NCBI GenBank assembly: GCA_023428265.1
Contig: JAEYYW010000185.1
Location: forward strand, 1 to 63,775
Reading direction: 5' to 3'
Origin: Bacillota bacterium
Lineage (GTDB): Bacteria; Bacillota; Clostridia; Christensenellales; UMGS416
Length of the DNA stretch: 63,775 nucleotides
Both the position numbers and the translations under genes were made by a program. The notes beneath the pieces are model-generated. The model worked only from the letters and a program-made list of their open reading frames with translations. It did no database searches and was not told where the DNA came from. Positions 46,237 through 55,181 of this stretch are shown in pieces. How positions within the stretch are numbered: the first letter of the stretch is position 1; the number at the start of each line of letters is the position of its first letter.

Positions 46237-46869
46237 TCACTTCTCTTTTCTGAGCTCCACCAGGCGATAGGTCAGGGCCATCAGGCCGTCGGTGAGTTGG
46301 GCGTTTTCCACGACCACGCCGCTGATCGCAATTTCAACGGGCGCGAAATTCCAAATGGCCCGCACCCCCGCCTTTACCAGTCTGTCCGCCAATGGGCGGG
46401 CAGCGGAAGCCGGCACGGCAAGCACGGCGATATCAACCCTGTTGGTTGCCAGAGTTTCCTCCAGCTCGCCGATGGACCGGATCGGGTTACCCCCCACCGC
46501 TTTGCCGATCAGCTCAGGGTTGGCGTCAAACAACGCGAGGATGTGGTAACCGGCGGAGCCGAACTGTGCGTAATTGGAGAGCGCCTGGCCGATGTTGCCG
46601 GCGCCCAGGATGATCATGTTGTATTCCTTGTCAATGCCCAGGATCTCGGCCACATGGCGCATCAGCTCGCTCACATTGTAGCCGTAGCCCTGCTGGCCGA
46701 AACCGCCGAAGCAGCTCAGATCCTGCCGGATCTGGGAGGCCGTCAGGTTCATCATGCGGCTGAGAGCCAGCGATGAAATTCTGTTTACGCCATCCTGCTG
46801 CAACACGCTCAGTTGCCGGTAGTATCTGGGAAGGCGGCGAATGACCGCGTCAGACACTTTCTGCGCCAT
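46237..46869 (-). CDS. rex: Redox-sensing transcriptional repressor Rex
   Basis: VIRRLPRYYRQLSVLQQDGVNRISS..LS....TASQIRQDLSCFGGFGQQGYGYNV...ILGAGNIGQAL is a canonical Rex sequence. The start was moved to ATG 46869 (AGGAGG SD). Confidence 0.92.
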   Translation of the reverse strand: MAQKVSDAVIRRLPRYYRQLSVLQQDGVNRISSLALSRMMNLTASQIRQDLSCFGGFGQQGYGYNVSELMRHVAEILGIDKEYNMIILGAGNIGQALSNYAQFGSAGYHILALFDANPELIGKAVGGNPIRSIGELEETLATNRVDIAVLAVPASAARPLADRLVKAGVRAIWNFAPVEIAISGVVVENAQLTDGLMALTYRLVELRKEK

Positions 46870-46912
46870 GGGCTGACCTCCTGTTGCACGACGGTGATCC
46901 ACCGCACCGAAT

Positions 46913-46930
46913 TTGTTAAAAAAACAACAA
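46913..46930. promoter_or_regulatory. Candidate Rex operator upstream of rex
   Basis: TTGTTAAAAAAACAACAA versus the clostridial Rex box TTGTTAANNNNTTAACAA (12 of 14 defined positions). 44 nt upstream of the rex start. Confidence 0.45.
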
Positions 46931-47164
46931 ACTTTTCATCATCATACCACCGATTTCCCGGATAGGCAACAGCTTGCATCTCCACATGATTCTGGCTGCC
47001 CGACAACGCATCGAAGGCTGATTCAGAACCCGGAGAGTATTCTCAATGGCAATCATTTCATTGGTAAAAAGCATTGCAATCGTTTGATATTATGTTGATC
47101 GGGTGTTAGGATATTGTACGCAAACGGGAACAAGGTTTGTCCGTGATAAACAAAGGAGGGAACC

Positions 47165-47740
47165 ATGAAGCGTTTGAACAAACTATTGATTGGGTTGTCT
47201 GTACTGATGGCGGTGGCGATGGTCATAATGCCCGTCGCGCAAGCAGCCGCGTCCAGAAGGATTTCATACAGCCCCACCGCTTTCAGCCGCAACTACGGTG
47301 CATACAGGAGCACGCCCTACACGTCCGGAAGCACATCCAGCCGGTCCTCCGCGACATCAGCCGCGACTTCGCTGGAAAGCAAAATGATCAGTCTGATCAA
47401 CGAGGACAGGGCCAAGGAAGGCCTCAAGCCCCTTCGTGCCGACAGCTCCTTGCGGGCGGGCGCGCTGAAGCACAGCCAGGACATGGCGGCAAACAAATTC
47501 TTCTCGCACACCTCGCCCACCTATGGCACTTTCTCCCAGAGGGCAAAGGCGTCGGGTGCAAGCGTGTCGGCGGAGAACCTTTCGCTGAACGGCTCGGTGG
47601 AGCGGGCGCACGCAAGCCTCATGGGGTCAACCGGACACCGGAGAAACATCATGAACGCCAGCTACACCCGCGTGGGCATCGGCATTGTATACAGCTCCCA
47701 AAAGGGAGGCTACTACATCACCCAGTGGTTCGGCAGATAA
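47165..47740 (+). CDS. Secreted CAP/SCP-domain protein (YkwD-like)
   Basis: Signal peptide MKRLNKLLIGLSVLMAVAMVIMPVAQA. CAP motifs NEDRAKEGLKPL...HSQDMAANKFFSHTSP...GHRRNIMN..YTRVGIG. Confidence 0.8.
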   Translation: MKRLNKLLIGLSVLMAVAMVIMPVAQAAASRRISYSPTAFSRNYGAYRSTPYTSGSTSSRSSATSAATSLESKMISLINEDRAKEGLKPLRADSSLRAGALKHSQDMAANKFFSHTSPTYGTFSQRAKASGASVSAENLSLNGSVERAHASLMGSTGHRRNIMNASYTRVGIGIVYSSQKGGYYITQWFGR

Positions 47741-47763
47741 CAGCAGTCAAAACACAACGCAGA

Positions 47764-47800
47764 GGCGCAACCGCACGGTTGCGCCTTTTCCCTCCCTTTT
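47764..47800 (+). terminator. Intrinsic terminator after the CAP-domain gene
   Basis: ggcgcaacc-gcac-ggttgcgcc followed by ttttccctccctttt. Confidence 0.8.
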
Positions 47801-47850
47801 CACAAACTCTTCCTTCCTGTATAATCACCCTGTCTGTATAGGAGTATTGC

Positions 47851-49764
47851 ATGATTCAGATCACCTTAGATAAAGTTGCCAAGCACTACGGCGTGGACAC
47901 CGTGATCCAGGACGTGAGCCTTGCCATACAGACCGGCCAGCGCCTGGGCCTTGTGGGCGCCAACGGCGCGGGCAAGACCACGCTTCTGAAGATCATCACC
48001 GGGGAGCTGGTGCCGGACGAAGGCTCGGTGCGAAAGCCCGACGGCCTCAGAATCGGCTATCTGGCGCAGGAAAGCATGGCCGTTCCCGGCGGCACGCCGT
48101 GGGAGGAAATGCTGACCGTTTTCGAGGAGGTCTTCCGCATCGAGGAGCGGCTGCGGCAGCTGGAGCACGACATGGGCGAGCTGCACGAGGACCCCGTCGC
48201 TTTCGCGCGCCTTTCCGAGGAGTATGACAAGCTCACGCTGCGCTTTGAACAGGGCAACGGATATGGTTACAAGAGCGCCATCCTGGGCGTGCTGAAGGGG
48301 CTGGGCTTCTCCGAGGAGCAAATATACCGGAAAGCATCCACGCTCTCCGGCGGGCAGCAGTCAAGACTGGCGCTGGCCAAGCTGCTGCTTCGCAAGCCGG
48401 ACATACTGTTGCTGGACGAGCCCACGAACCATCTGGACATCCAGTCCACCGCCTGGCTGGAAGAATACATCCGGGAATTCCCCAACACGGTGATTGTGGT
48501 GAGCCACGACCGCTATTTCCTGGATGCCGTGTGTGACTCCATCGCCGAGGTTGCGCTGACGCGCCTCACGCTCTATCAAGGCAATTTCACCGAATACATG
48601 ATCCAGCGCGAGGAGCGGATCAACCTGCAGCAGAAGGCTTATGAGCTGAACCGCCGGGAGATCCAGCGCCACGAGGAGATCATCCGGCGCTTCAAGCAAT
48701 ACAACCGCGAAAAGAGCCTGAAGGCCGCCCATAGCTGGGAGAAGAAGCTGGCACGGATTGACCGGGTGGAAAAGGTGCGCAACGAGGCCACGGTGAATTT
48801 CAGCTTTGACACCGTGCGCCGCACCGGCGGCGACGTGCTGCTGGCCCAGGGGCTCGGCAAGTCCTTCGGCCCCACCCGGCTGTTTGAAAACATGGACCTG
48901 CACATCAAAGCCGGCGACCGCGTGGGCATTGTGGGCCGCAACGGCATCGGCAAGACCACGTTGCTGCGCATTCTGATGGGCGAGCTCAAGCAGGAAAGCG
49001 GCCACTTTTATTGGGGCACCGGCGTGCAACCGGGTTACTACGACCAGAAGCAGCAGGGGCTGAGCCCGGAAAAAACAGTGATCGACGAGGTGTGGGACAC
49101 TTACCGCACGCTGGATCCTCAGCAGATCCGCGACACGCTGGCGGCATTCCTCTTCCGCGGTGATGAGATCAACAAGAGAATCGCAGACCTGTCCGGCGGC
49201 GAGCGGGGCCGCGTGGCGCTGATCAAGCTGCTGCTGGGCAAATACAACGTGCTGCTGCTGGACGAGCCCACCAACCACCTGGACACCAACAGCTGCCAGG
49301 TGTTGGAAGACGCGCTGCTGGACTTTGACGGCACACTGCTGTTTGTGTCGCACGACCGCTACTTCATCAACCGCGTGGCGACCAGGGTGCTGGAAATGCG
49401 TGACGACGGCGTGACCGACTACCCCGGCAACTGGGATGAATACCTGCTGCACAAGGCCGCCGAGAAAAACCAGAAGGATGCAGAGGAAGACGACGGCCTC
49501 ACCCGCACCGAGCGCAAGAAGCAAGACAAGCTGTCCCGCCAGGCGGAGGCCGAATTACGGGAGCGCAAGCGGGCTGTGAAGGCGCTGGAGGAGCAGGTGA
49601 CCAAAGTGGAAGAAGAGATCGCCGCGCTGGAGCAAAAGCTCAGCGATCCGGCGGGGCTTGGCCCGGCTGATATTGAGAAGCTTTCGCTGGAGCATGACGA
49701 GAAGAAGAAGCTGTGCGACGAGCTGATCGCGCAATGGGAAGAAGCGCTGGAGGCGCTGGAATAG
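47851..49764 (+). CDS. ABC-F family ATPase (two ABC domains, no TM; Uup/YdiF-like, C-terminal coiled coil)
   Basis: Walker A GANGAGKTT and GRNGIGKTT, signatures LSGGQQSR and LSGGERGR, an inter-domain linker, a Lys/Glu-rich C-terminal coiled coil. Confidence 0.88.
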   Translation: MIQITLDKVAKHYGVDTVIQDVSLAIQTGQRLGLVGANGAGKTTLLKIITGELVPDEGSVRKPDGLRIGYLAQESMAVPGGTPWEEMLTVFEEVFRIEERLRQLEHDMGELHEDPVAFARLSEEYDKLTLRFEQGNGYGYKSAILGVLKGLGFSEEQIYRKASTLSGGQQSRLALAKLLLRKPDILLLDEPTNHLDIQSTAWLEEYIREFPNTVIVVSHDRYFLDAVCDSIAEVALTRLTLYQGNFTEYMIQREERINLQQKAYELNRREIQRHEEIIRRFKQYNREKSLKAAHSWEKKLARIDRVEKVRNEATVNFSFDTVRRTGGDVLLAQGLGKSFGPTRLFENMDLHIKAGDRVGIVGRNGIGKTTLLRILMGELKQESGHFYWGTGVQPGYYDQKQQGLSPEKTVIDEVWDTYRTLDPQQIRDTLAAFLFRGDEINKRIADLSGGERGRVALIKLLLGKYNVLLLDEPTNHLDTNSCQVLEDALLDFDGTLLFVSHDRYFINRVATRVLEMRDDGVTDYPGNWDEYLLHKAAEKNQKDAEEDDGLTRTERKKQDKLSRQAEAELRERKRAVKALEEQVTKVEEEIAALEQKLSDPAGLGPADIEKLSLEHDEKKKLCDELIAQWEEALEALE

Positions 49765-49862
49765 AGAGCATTCATCCCCGGCATTGACATTTCCGAAACC
49801 GCACATTACGCTGACACACAGGAGATAACGCAATGGCAGTGTCCATCGTGCAAGGAGGAGAA

Positions 49863-50933
49863 ATGCGCAGCATGCAGGTAAAAAGACGGTTGGTCATCTT
49901 GGCTCTCATACTCCTGACTTCGTTCCCGCTGGTTTCCTGCGACGCGATTTCCACGCTGGTGGACCGCATCGGCAAAGCGGAAACGCCAACGGCAAGGCCA
50001 GTTGAAACATCTTCCCTGCCCATCCTGGAGCGGGAGCTCAGCCAATACCCATTTTCGCTGATCAGCGACCGCCTCACAGTGCAAATGCCAGTGGGTGCAG
50101 AAGATGAAGCCATGCAGGCAGATGCCATGAGCGCTCAAGCGCCCAGCAAAGCGGAAACAAAGCTGGTGCTGGAAGCTGACGGCAAGCAGTTGGTACTTTA
50201 TGCACAAGAAACCTTCTACACCACGGACGATTTGGAAAAAGACCTGGACACCATACTGAAGTTGCGTTACGGACAGGGCTTTACATATACCGCAGAGGCC
50301 GTGAAACAATCCGGCGGCGGCATGAAGGTGATTGGGTTTTCTCCGGCCCAGCTTGACAAAAGCGCCAACAGTGTGTTGATCCAAGGTGCTGTTGTTGGCA
50401 TTGACGACGGCGCAATTGTAACCATCGGTGTATACGCAACGCCCGAGACAACGGCGGACGAGGATCTGTGTCGGAAGCAAGCGGAACGCATCCTGTCTTC
50501 CATTGAACCCGGCTCCCGAAAAATTGTCGGTAAACCACACGAGGAAAGGCTTGGCCTGAACAGCCTCACCATTCAGTTGGATAAAAACTATGTGGTGGCG
50601 CAACACGAGGGTCAAGACTTCTCTGTGTTTTATCTGATGAAATATGTGAAGCTCGGCGAACCGGCGCCCTCCATCGGAATCTACATCGGTGCGCACCCCT
50701 CAATGATGTATCCGCAAAGGGGTATTCAAGAGAGCCAACTGGCAAAAACGGAAGGGAAACTTCTTAAAAAGAGCGTCGAGTGGTTGTCTTATGAGCCAAA
50801 TGACGGGGGTTACAGCGCTGAAACCTATCTGTATTTGAACGATACCCTCATCATGCATATCTTTGTGGATGCGGCGGATGAGACTGAGTTTGAAACGATC
50901 CGTAAGATGATTCAGACGCTGAAAATAAAGTAA
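49863..50933 (+). CDS. Lipoprotein of unknown function
   Basis: MRSMQVKRRLVILALILLTSFPLVSC has a lipobox. No recognisable domain. The start was moved to ATG 49863 (AAGGAGGAG SD). Confidence 0.6.
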   Translation: MRSMQVKRRLVILALILLTSFPLVSCDAISTLVDRIGKAETPTARPVETSSLPILERELSQYPFSLISDRLTVQMPVGAEDEAMQADAMSAQAPSKAETKLVLEADGKQLVLYAQETFYTTDDLEKDLDTILKLRYGQGFTYTAEAVKQSGGGMKVIGFSPAQLDKSANSVLIQGAVVGIDDGAIVTIGVYATPETTADEDLCRKQAERILSSIEPGSRKIVGKPHEERLGLNSLTIQLDKNYVVAQHEGQDFSVFYLMKYVKLGEPAPSIGIYIGAHPSMMYPQRGIQESQLAKTEGKLLKKSVEWLSYEPNDGGYSAETYLYLNDTLIMHIFVDAADETEFETIRKMIQTLKIK

Positions 50934-50992
50934 AAGCAGCATCCGTGCGGCAGTCCGAATGATTGTTTTCCAGGGTGCCGCAGGAGTAAGGA

Positions 50993-51535
50993 GTGCAAAG
51001 CTTGACCGTCCTCGAAGCCATCTATGCCCGCCGGTCCATCCGCAAATACGAGGATCGCCCGGTGGAAAAGGAAAAACTCATTGAGTTGTGCCGCCTGGGC
51101 GCGGCGGCCCCCTCGGCCACCAACAAGCGCCCCTGGGCTTTCGTGATTGTGGACGAACCGGCGCAGTTGAAGCGGGTGGCGGCGGCCACCATGTTTGGCA
51201 AGTTTGGCGCACCGGCGGCCATCGTGGTGTGCGGAGACCTGCGCCGCGCGGTGCCGCTGGGCAAAGACTTCTGGATCCAGGATTGCGCCGCCGCGATGGA
51301 AAACATCCTGCTGGGCGCCACCGAACTGGGTCTTGGGTCCGTGTGGATTGGCATCACGCCGATCAAACCCGCCATGTGGGCGATGCGCCAAGCCCTCAAG
51401 CTGCCCCGGCACATGGAACCGCTGGGCGTGGCCTATCTGGGCTATCCGGCAGAAACCAGAAAACCGCGGACGCAGCTGGAAGAAGGAATGATACAGTGGC
51501 AGCAATGGAAACAAGCAGACCGGGAGGAATCATGA
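50993..51535 (+). CDS. Nitroreductase-family flavoprotein
   Basis: LEAIYARRSIRKYEDRPVEKEKLIELCRLGAAAPSATNKRPWAFVIV is a classic nitroreductase N-terminus. The start is GTG 50993 or TTG 51002 (AAGGAG SD). Confidence 0.8.
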   Translation: MQSLTVLEAIYARRSIRKYEDRPVEKEKLIELCRLGAAAPSATNKRPWAFVIVDEPAQLKRVAAATMFGKFGAPAAIVVCGDLRRAVPLGKDFWIQDCAAAMENILLGATELGLGSVWIGITPIKPAMWAMRQALKLPRHMEPLGVAYLGYPAETRKPRTQLEEGMIQWQQWKQADREES

Positions 51536-52656
51536 AAATCTCAAAGGCCGACGCACTGATCTGGTTTGACCACCTTTCGCAGCTGGGCGAAGAGGAAGAG
51601 ATCAGTGCCAGGCAGGAGGAAATCATCTATTCCACCTTTGCGCAGATTGAGGCGGCGGTCGATCACAGAAACGACGCGCTGCTGTCTGAAATCAAAGGGT
51701 TGAAGAATCTGGACAATAGAACCTTTTATGTGGGAGACGACGCCAAGTTTCCGAAAGGCTGCCGCTCCTGCCTGCTGGGCACCGGTCTGAGCGCGATCCG
51801 CAAGACAAACAAGTGTAACCTGAACTGCAAGTTCTGCTATGACTTCGGCCGGCATGGGCACATCCCGCCGGTCGGAGAGGGCATGTGGGAAATCGGGGGC
51901 ACAAAGTTCTACGAAAAGGATCTTGACTTGCTCCTTTCCATCCACCAAAAACCCACCGGCGTTTCCTATGTCTATCTGGAGCCCTTCCTGGAAATCGAGA
52001 AATACTACCCGGTCATCCGGAAATTTCATGAGGCGGGCATCCATCAGCATCTGTATACCAACGGCACACTGGCGACGGAAGAATCATTGCGGGCGCTGGG
52101 CGAGGCCGGTCTGGATGAGCTCCGGTTCAATCTGGGGGCGTCCAACTGCGCGGACAAGGTGATTGAGAACATCGCAACCGCGAAAAAGCACATCCCCGGC
52201 GTTGGCATCGAGACGCCGATGACGCCGGAGTTTTATGCGGCTTTTTTGAAAAAGAAGCGGGCGATACTGCAAACGGGGCTAGATTTCATCAATTGTGCCG
52301 AATTGCATCTGAATGAAAACAACATCGGCAACTATGCCGGTGAAAATCTGTATAGCTGCAGGCTAGGCTATATCTCCCCGGTCTGGAGCAGGGGGCTGAC
52401 GCTGAAGCTGATGAAGCTTGCCGGCGAGGAGCTGTGGGACCCGGTGGTGCATGATTGCTCAAACCGCACCAAATTTGCCAGAGGGCTGAATTTGAGCAGC
52501 AAAGAGGGCAAGTGGTTTGGAGCAAGCAGCTATGCCTGCGAGTTTTCTGCAATACCCTTTGAGGCGTTTCTGCCGATCCTGAATGACGACAGCTTCCGGT
52601 TTCTGAGTGAGGAGGAGCTGCCTGAGGACTACAAGCCGGAAATGATCGATTGCTGA
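51532..52656 (+). CDS. Radical SAM protein of unknown specificity
   Basis: CNLNCKFC (CX3CX2C) at about residue 90, followed by a TIM-barrel-like pattern (YLEPFLE...YTNGTL...ELRFNLG). True start is ATG 51532 (GGGAGGA SD; ATGA overlap with the nitroreductase stop). The track ORF start at 51088 is an out-of-frame overlap artefact. Confidence 0.7.
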   Translation: MKISKADALIWFDHLSQLGEEEEISARQEEIIYSTFAQIEAAVDHRNDALLSEIKGLKNLDNRTFYVGDDAKFPKGCRSCLLGTGLSAIRKTNKCNLNCKFCYDFGRHGHIPPVGEGMWEIGGTKFYEKDLDLLLSIHQKPTGVSYVYLEPFLEIEKYYPVIRKFHEAGIHQHLYTNGTLATEESLRALGEAGLDELRFNLGASNCADKVIENIATAKKHIPGVGIETPMTPEFYAAFLKKKRAILQTGLDFINCAELHLNENNIGNYAGENLYSCRLGYISPVWSRGLTLKLMKLAGEELWDPVVHDCSNRTKFARGLNLSSKEGKWFGASSYACEFSAIPFEAFLPILNDDSFRFLSEEELPEDYKPEMIDC

Positions 52657-52674
52657 ACCATACCGCTGCCAGAT

Positions 52675-53268
52675 TCAGAAAATCTGCTTCAAGCCGATCA
52701 GGATCAGAATCGCGCCGGAGACCAGCACGGCCTTTTTGTTCAGCCCCCACCTGCGCAACAAGCCCGAGATCCAACGGCCTAGCCACAGCGCGCCGAAGCT
52801 GAACGCCACCGACAGCACACCGATGGCCCATGGGCTGATGCCCACAAGCCCGCCGGAGAAGCTGCCGCCGGCGTTGTTCAGGGAGAGGGCCACGCCCAGC
52901 AGCGCCGCTTCCTTGAAGTCAATGTCCTTGGAGTGGTTGATGTCCGCCTGCTCCGGATGCTCAAGGATGCCGATCAGCAGGCTCTTCTTATCCTCCCGGC
53001 GCTTGCGAAAGGGTTCCAGCAAGAACCACGCACCCATGCCGATGAACACGGCAGCGCTGATCACGCCGCACACCCTTTGGTCCAGCACGCCGGACAGTGA
53101 CCGGCCCAGCCAGGCGGCACCGGCAGACACCACCATTGTCACTGCCGAAAGCCACAGGTTTACGCGGGCGGAAGCCCTGATGCCGTTCATGTCAAAGGCG
53201 ATCCACGCCCCCAGGTTGTCCAGGCTGTTGGCCGCCGCGATCAGCAGCGCGGCAAGAAAACCATGCAT
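52675..53268 (-). CDS. DUF204 membrane protein (sporulation protein YtaF / MntP family)
   Basis: Two-fold repeat with AAANSLDNLG and ALSLNNAGG motifs, 6 predicted TM helices. Confidence 0.65.
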   Translation of the reverse strand: MHGFLAALLIAAANSLDNLGAWIAFDMNGIRASARVNLWLSAVTMVVSAGAAWLGRSLSGVLDQRVCGVISAAVFIGMGAWFLLEPFRKRREDKKSLLIGILEHPEQADINHSKDIDFKEAALLGVALSLNNAGGSFSGGLVGISPWAIGVLSVAFSFGALWLGRWISGLLRRWGLNKKAVLVSGAILILIGLKQIF

Positions 53269-53401
53269 TGCATTTTCTCCTGTCCGTTTTCACATGCTAT
53301 GACAGGAGCCGGGGAAAAGGTTACCCGCCAATAATGAATCAACCAAGAGCTCTTTGTTCAAATTGATCCACTTACGTTTCGTATGATCCTATGTTTGCAG
53401 C

Positions 53402-53430
53402 AGAAAACGGCTTCCCGCTGGAGAAGCCGT
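53402..53430 (-). terminator. Intrinsic terminator after the S8 peptidase gene
   Basis: Minus strand: CGGCTTC-tccagcg-GGAAGCCG followed by TTTTCTGC. Confidence 0.75.
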
Positions 53431-53450
53431 AAATACTGCGTAGGGACTCC

Positions 53451-54638
53451 TTAAAAATTCTGCACCTGGATCATTCCCCTGCCCTCCAGGTTGAGCTGGC
53501 CGGTCACATGGCTGGCGCTGCCCATGATCCGGCTTTTGATGATGTCCGGCGACCAGTCCGGGTGCTTCTGGCAGAGCAGCGCGACCACCCCCGCCACCAG
53601 CGGCGTGGAGACTGACGTGCCGGACATCACAGTGTAGTTGTTTTGCAGCTTGTTCTGTTTGCGCCCGGGCAGATACTCCTTGTCGGCATTCACCGACACA
53701 ATGTTGACGCCGGGGGCCACCACGTCGGGCTTGACGCGGCTGCGCACGGGGCCCCGGCTGCTGAAGTCCGGTATGGTGTCGTCACTGGTGTCCACGGTGC
53801 GCTTGTCGTCCACCGAGCCCACGGTCAAAATGACGGGGCTGATGCCCGGCACCGTGATTGTGGATGGATCAGGCCCCTCGTTGCCGGCGGCGGCAATCAC
53901 GGTGATGCCGCGCTTCCACAGCGTTTCCACGCCGCGCACCATCGCGTCGTCGCGGCGGACGTCGCCGGCAAAAGTGCCCAGCGACATGGATACCACCTTG
54001 ATGTTGTATTTGGAATAATTGTCAGCCACCCATTGCAGCGCGGATAACACATCGGATGACCTGCCGTTCCCCATCTCGTCCATCACCTTGATCGAGACGA
54101 TGTGGGCGTCGGGGGCGATGCCCTTGTAGACGCCGTTGGAGGCATATCCGCTGCCAGCCGCCACGCCGGACACAAATGTGCCGTGGCCGTTGTCGTCATA
54201 GGGCGACGTTCTGCCATTGACGATGTCCTGGAAGGCGGCAATCCTGTTCCTGGGCATCGTAAAGTCAGGGTGGGGATAAATCCCCGTATCCAGCACCGCG
54301 ATGCCCACATCACGGCCGGTGATGCCGGCCTTGTGCAACGCGTCCACATGAACCGCCTGAGAGGCGATCCTCATCTGCGCTTTAATGTCCAGGTCGGCCG
54401 CGATATACTTCACCTGGCGCTGACCTGCCAGCCTGTTGAGCTGGCTGGATGGAAACTCCACCACATATCCCTGAATCAGCGGGATCTCGGCAGAAACCTT
54501 CACACCCATGCCATCCAGCAGCGGCTTCACCTTTTCATACTCCTTGGCATATAGAATCACGCGGCACGGCTCATCGGCGGCCACCTTCACCGCGTTGCGG
54601 ACCGCCGGATCGATTTTATGGTAATATGTCCTGCTCAT
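53451..54638 (-). CDS. Subtilisin-like S8 serine peptidase with an N-terminal I9-type propeptide, no signal peptide
   Basis: Catalytic triad motifs AVLDTGI (Asp), HGTFVSG (His), SGTSVSTP (Ser). The N-terminal 90 aa or so resemble an inhibitor propeptide. Confidence 0.85.
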   Translation of the reverse strand: MSRTYYHKIDPAVRNAVKVAADEPCRVILYAKEYEKVKPLLDGMGVKVSAEIPLIQGYVVEFPSSQLNRLAGQRQVKYIAADLDIKAQMRIASQAVHVDALHKAGITGRDVGIAVLDTGIYPHPDFTMPRNRIAAFQDIVNGRTSPYDDNGHGTFVSGVAAGSGYASNGVYKGIAPDAHIVSIKVMDEMGNGRSSDVLSALQWVADNYSKYNIKVVSMSLGTFAGDVRRDDAMVRGVETLWKRGITVIAAAGNEGPDPSTITVPGISPVILTVGSVDDKRTVDTSDDTIPDFSSRGPVRSRVKPDVVAPGVNIVSVNADKEYLPGRKQNKLQNNYTVMSGTSVSTPLVAGVVALLCQKHPDWSPDIIKSRIMGSASHVTGQLNLEGRGMIQVQNF

Positions 54639-54749
54639 TGAAGCTCACCTCGCAACTGTTCGAGGGGAGGACCCCCTCGCAAGCCCCCTAGCCGTCTGGC
54701 GGGCAGGGCGCTATGTATGGGCGCGGGCGACAGTGAGCCCAGGGTTGTT

Positions 54750-55043
54750 TCAGCCCTGGCGCAGGTATTTCACAAGGTCGTCCAACTTTTTCTGCTGGTC
54801 GCGGCTGAGCACCGGCTTGAGGGTGTTGGCAAAGGTGTCCAGCTCCTTGCCCTTCAGCTTGTCGGCCACGTCTTTGTTCAGCTTCATGCGGTCCAGCTCG
54901 CGCATGATGTCTGACATGTCCTTATCCTTATATTGGCCCAGCTGCGACTTGAGTTTCTCAAACTGCACCTTCTGCTCGCCGGTCAGGTTGTCCGGGGAAA
55001 CCTTCTTGTCGCGCATAAGATCCCGCAGGCTCTTTTCGCGCAT
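54750..55043 (-). CDS. Small Lys/Asp/Glu-rich helical protein of unknown function
   Basis: 97 aa starting MREKSLRDLMRDKK.... The start was moved to ATG 55043 (GGGAGGG SD 7 nt upstream). The upstream part of the track ORF lacks coding character. Confidence 0.5.
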   Translation of the reverse strand: MREKSLRDLMRDKKVSPDNLTGEQKVQFEKLKSQLGQYKDKDMSDIMRELDRMKLNKDVADKLKGKELDTFANTLKPVLSRDQQKKLDDLVKYLRQG

Positions 55044-55181
55044 AATCATCCCTCCCATCAATGGCCTATGGTTATTCATATTACGGCAGGGCTCCATTTG
55101 CCACTGCACTGGCCCGGCGAACCTCAGGCCGGGAGGGTGCATACAATAGGTATCGGGACAATCGAGACAGGAGGGCTCAGC

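Noticed and set aside
6332-49524. Other long antisense or out-of-frame ORFs in the track. Examples: 6332-6862, 8474-9487, 12128-13261, 18469-19476, 19353-20402, 26247-27311, 31754-32632, 33349-34413, 36209-37054, 39283-40647, 41074-42309, 43498-44289, 45084-45791, 48361-49524, 49806-50696, 56161-57015.
   Set aside because: Each overlaps, on the other strand or in another frame, a gene with clear family motifs. Their translations are dominated by R, G, H, A, L and Q, and they lack start-site signals.
51088-51531. A 148-codon N-terminal extension of the radical-SAM ORF (the track gives a 522-aa ORF starting at 51088).
   Set aside because: The extension overlaps the nitroreductase gene in another frame and is Gly/Arg/Pro-rich. 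A GGGAGGA SD and an ATGA stop-start overlap mark 51532 as the real start.
53269-53400. A yybP-ykoY manganese riboswitch upstream of the DUF204 (MntP/YtaF) gene.
   Set aside because: The conserved GGGGAGUAG and UUGACAUA...GCAAGACC elements are not present. Only a simple SD-sequestering hairpin was seen.
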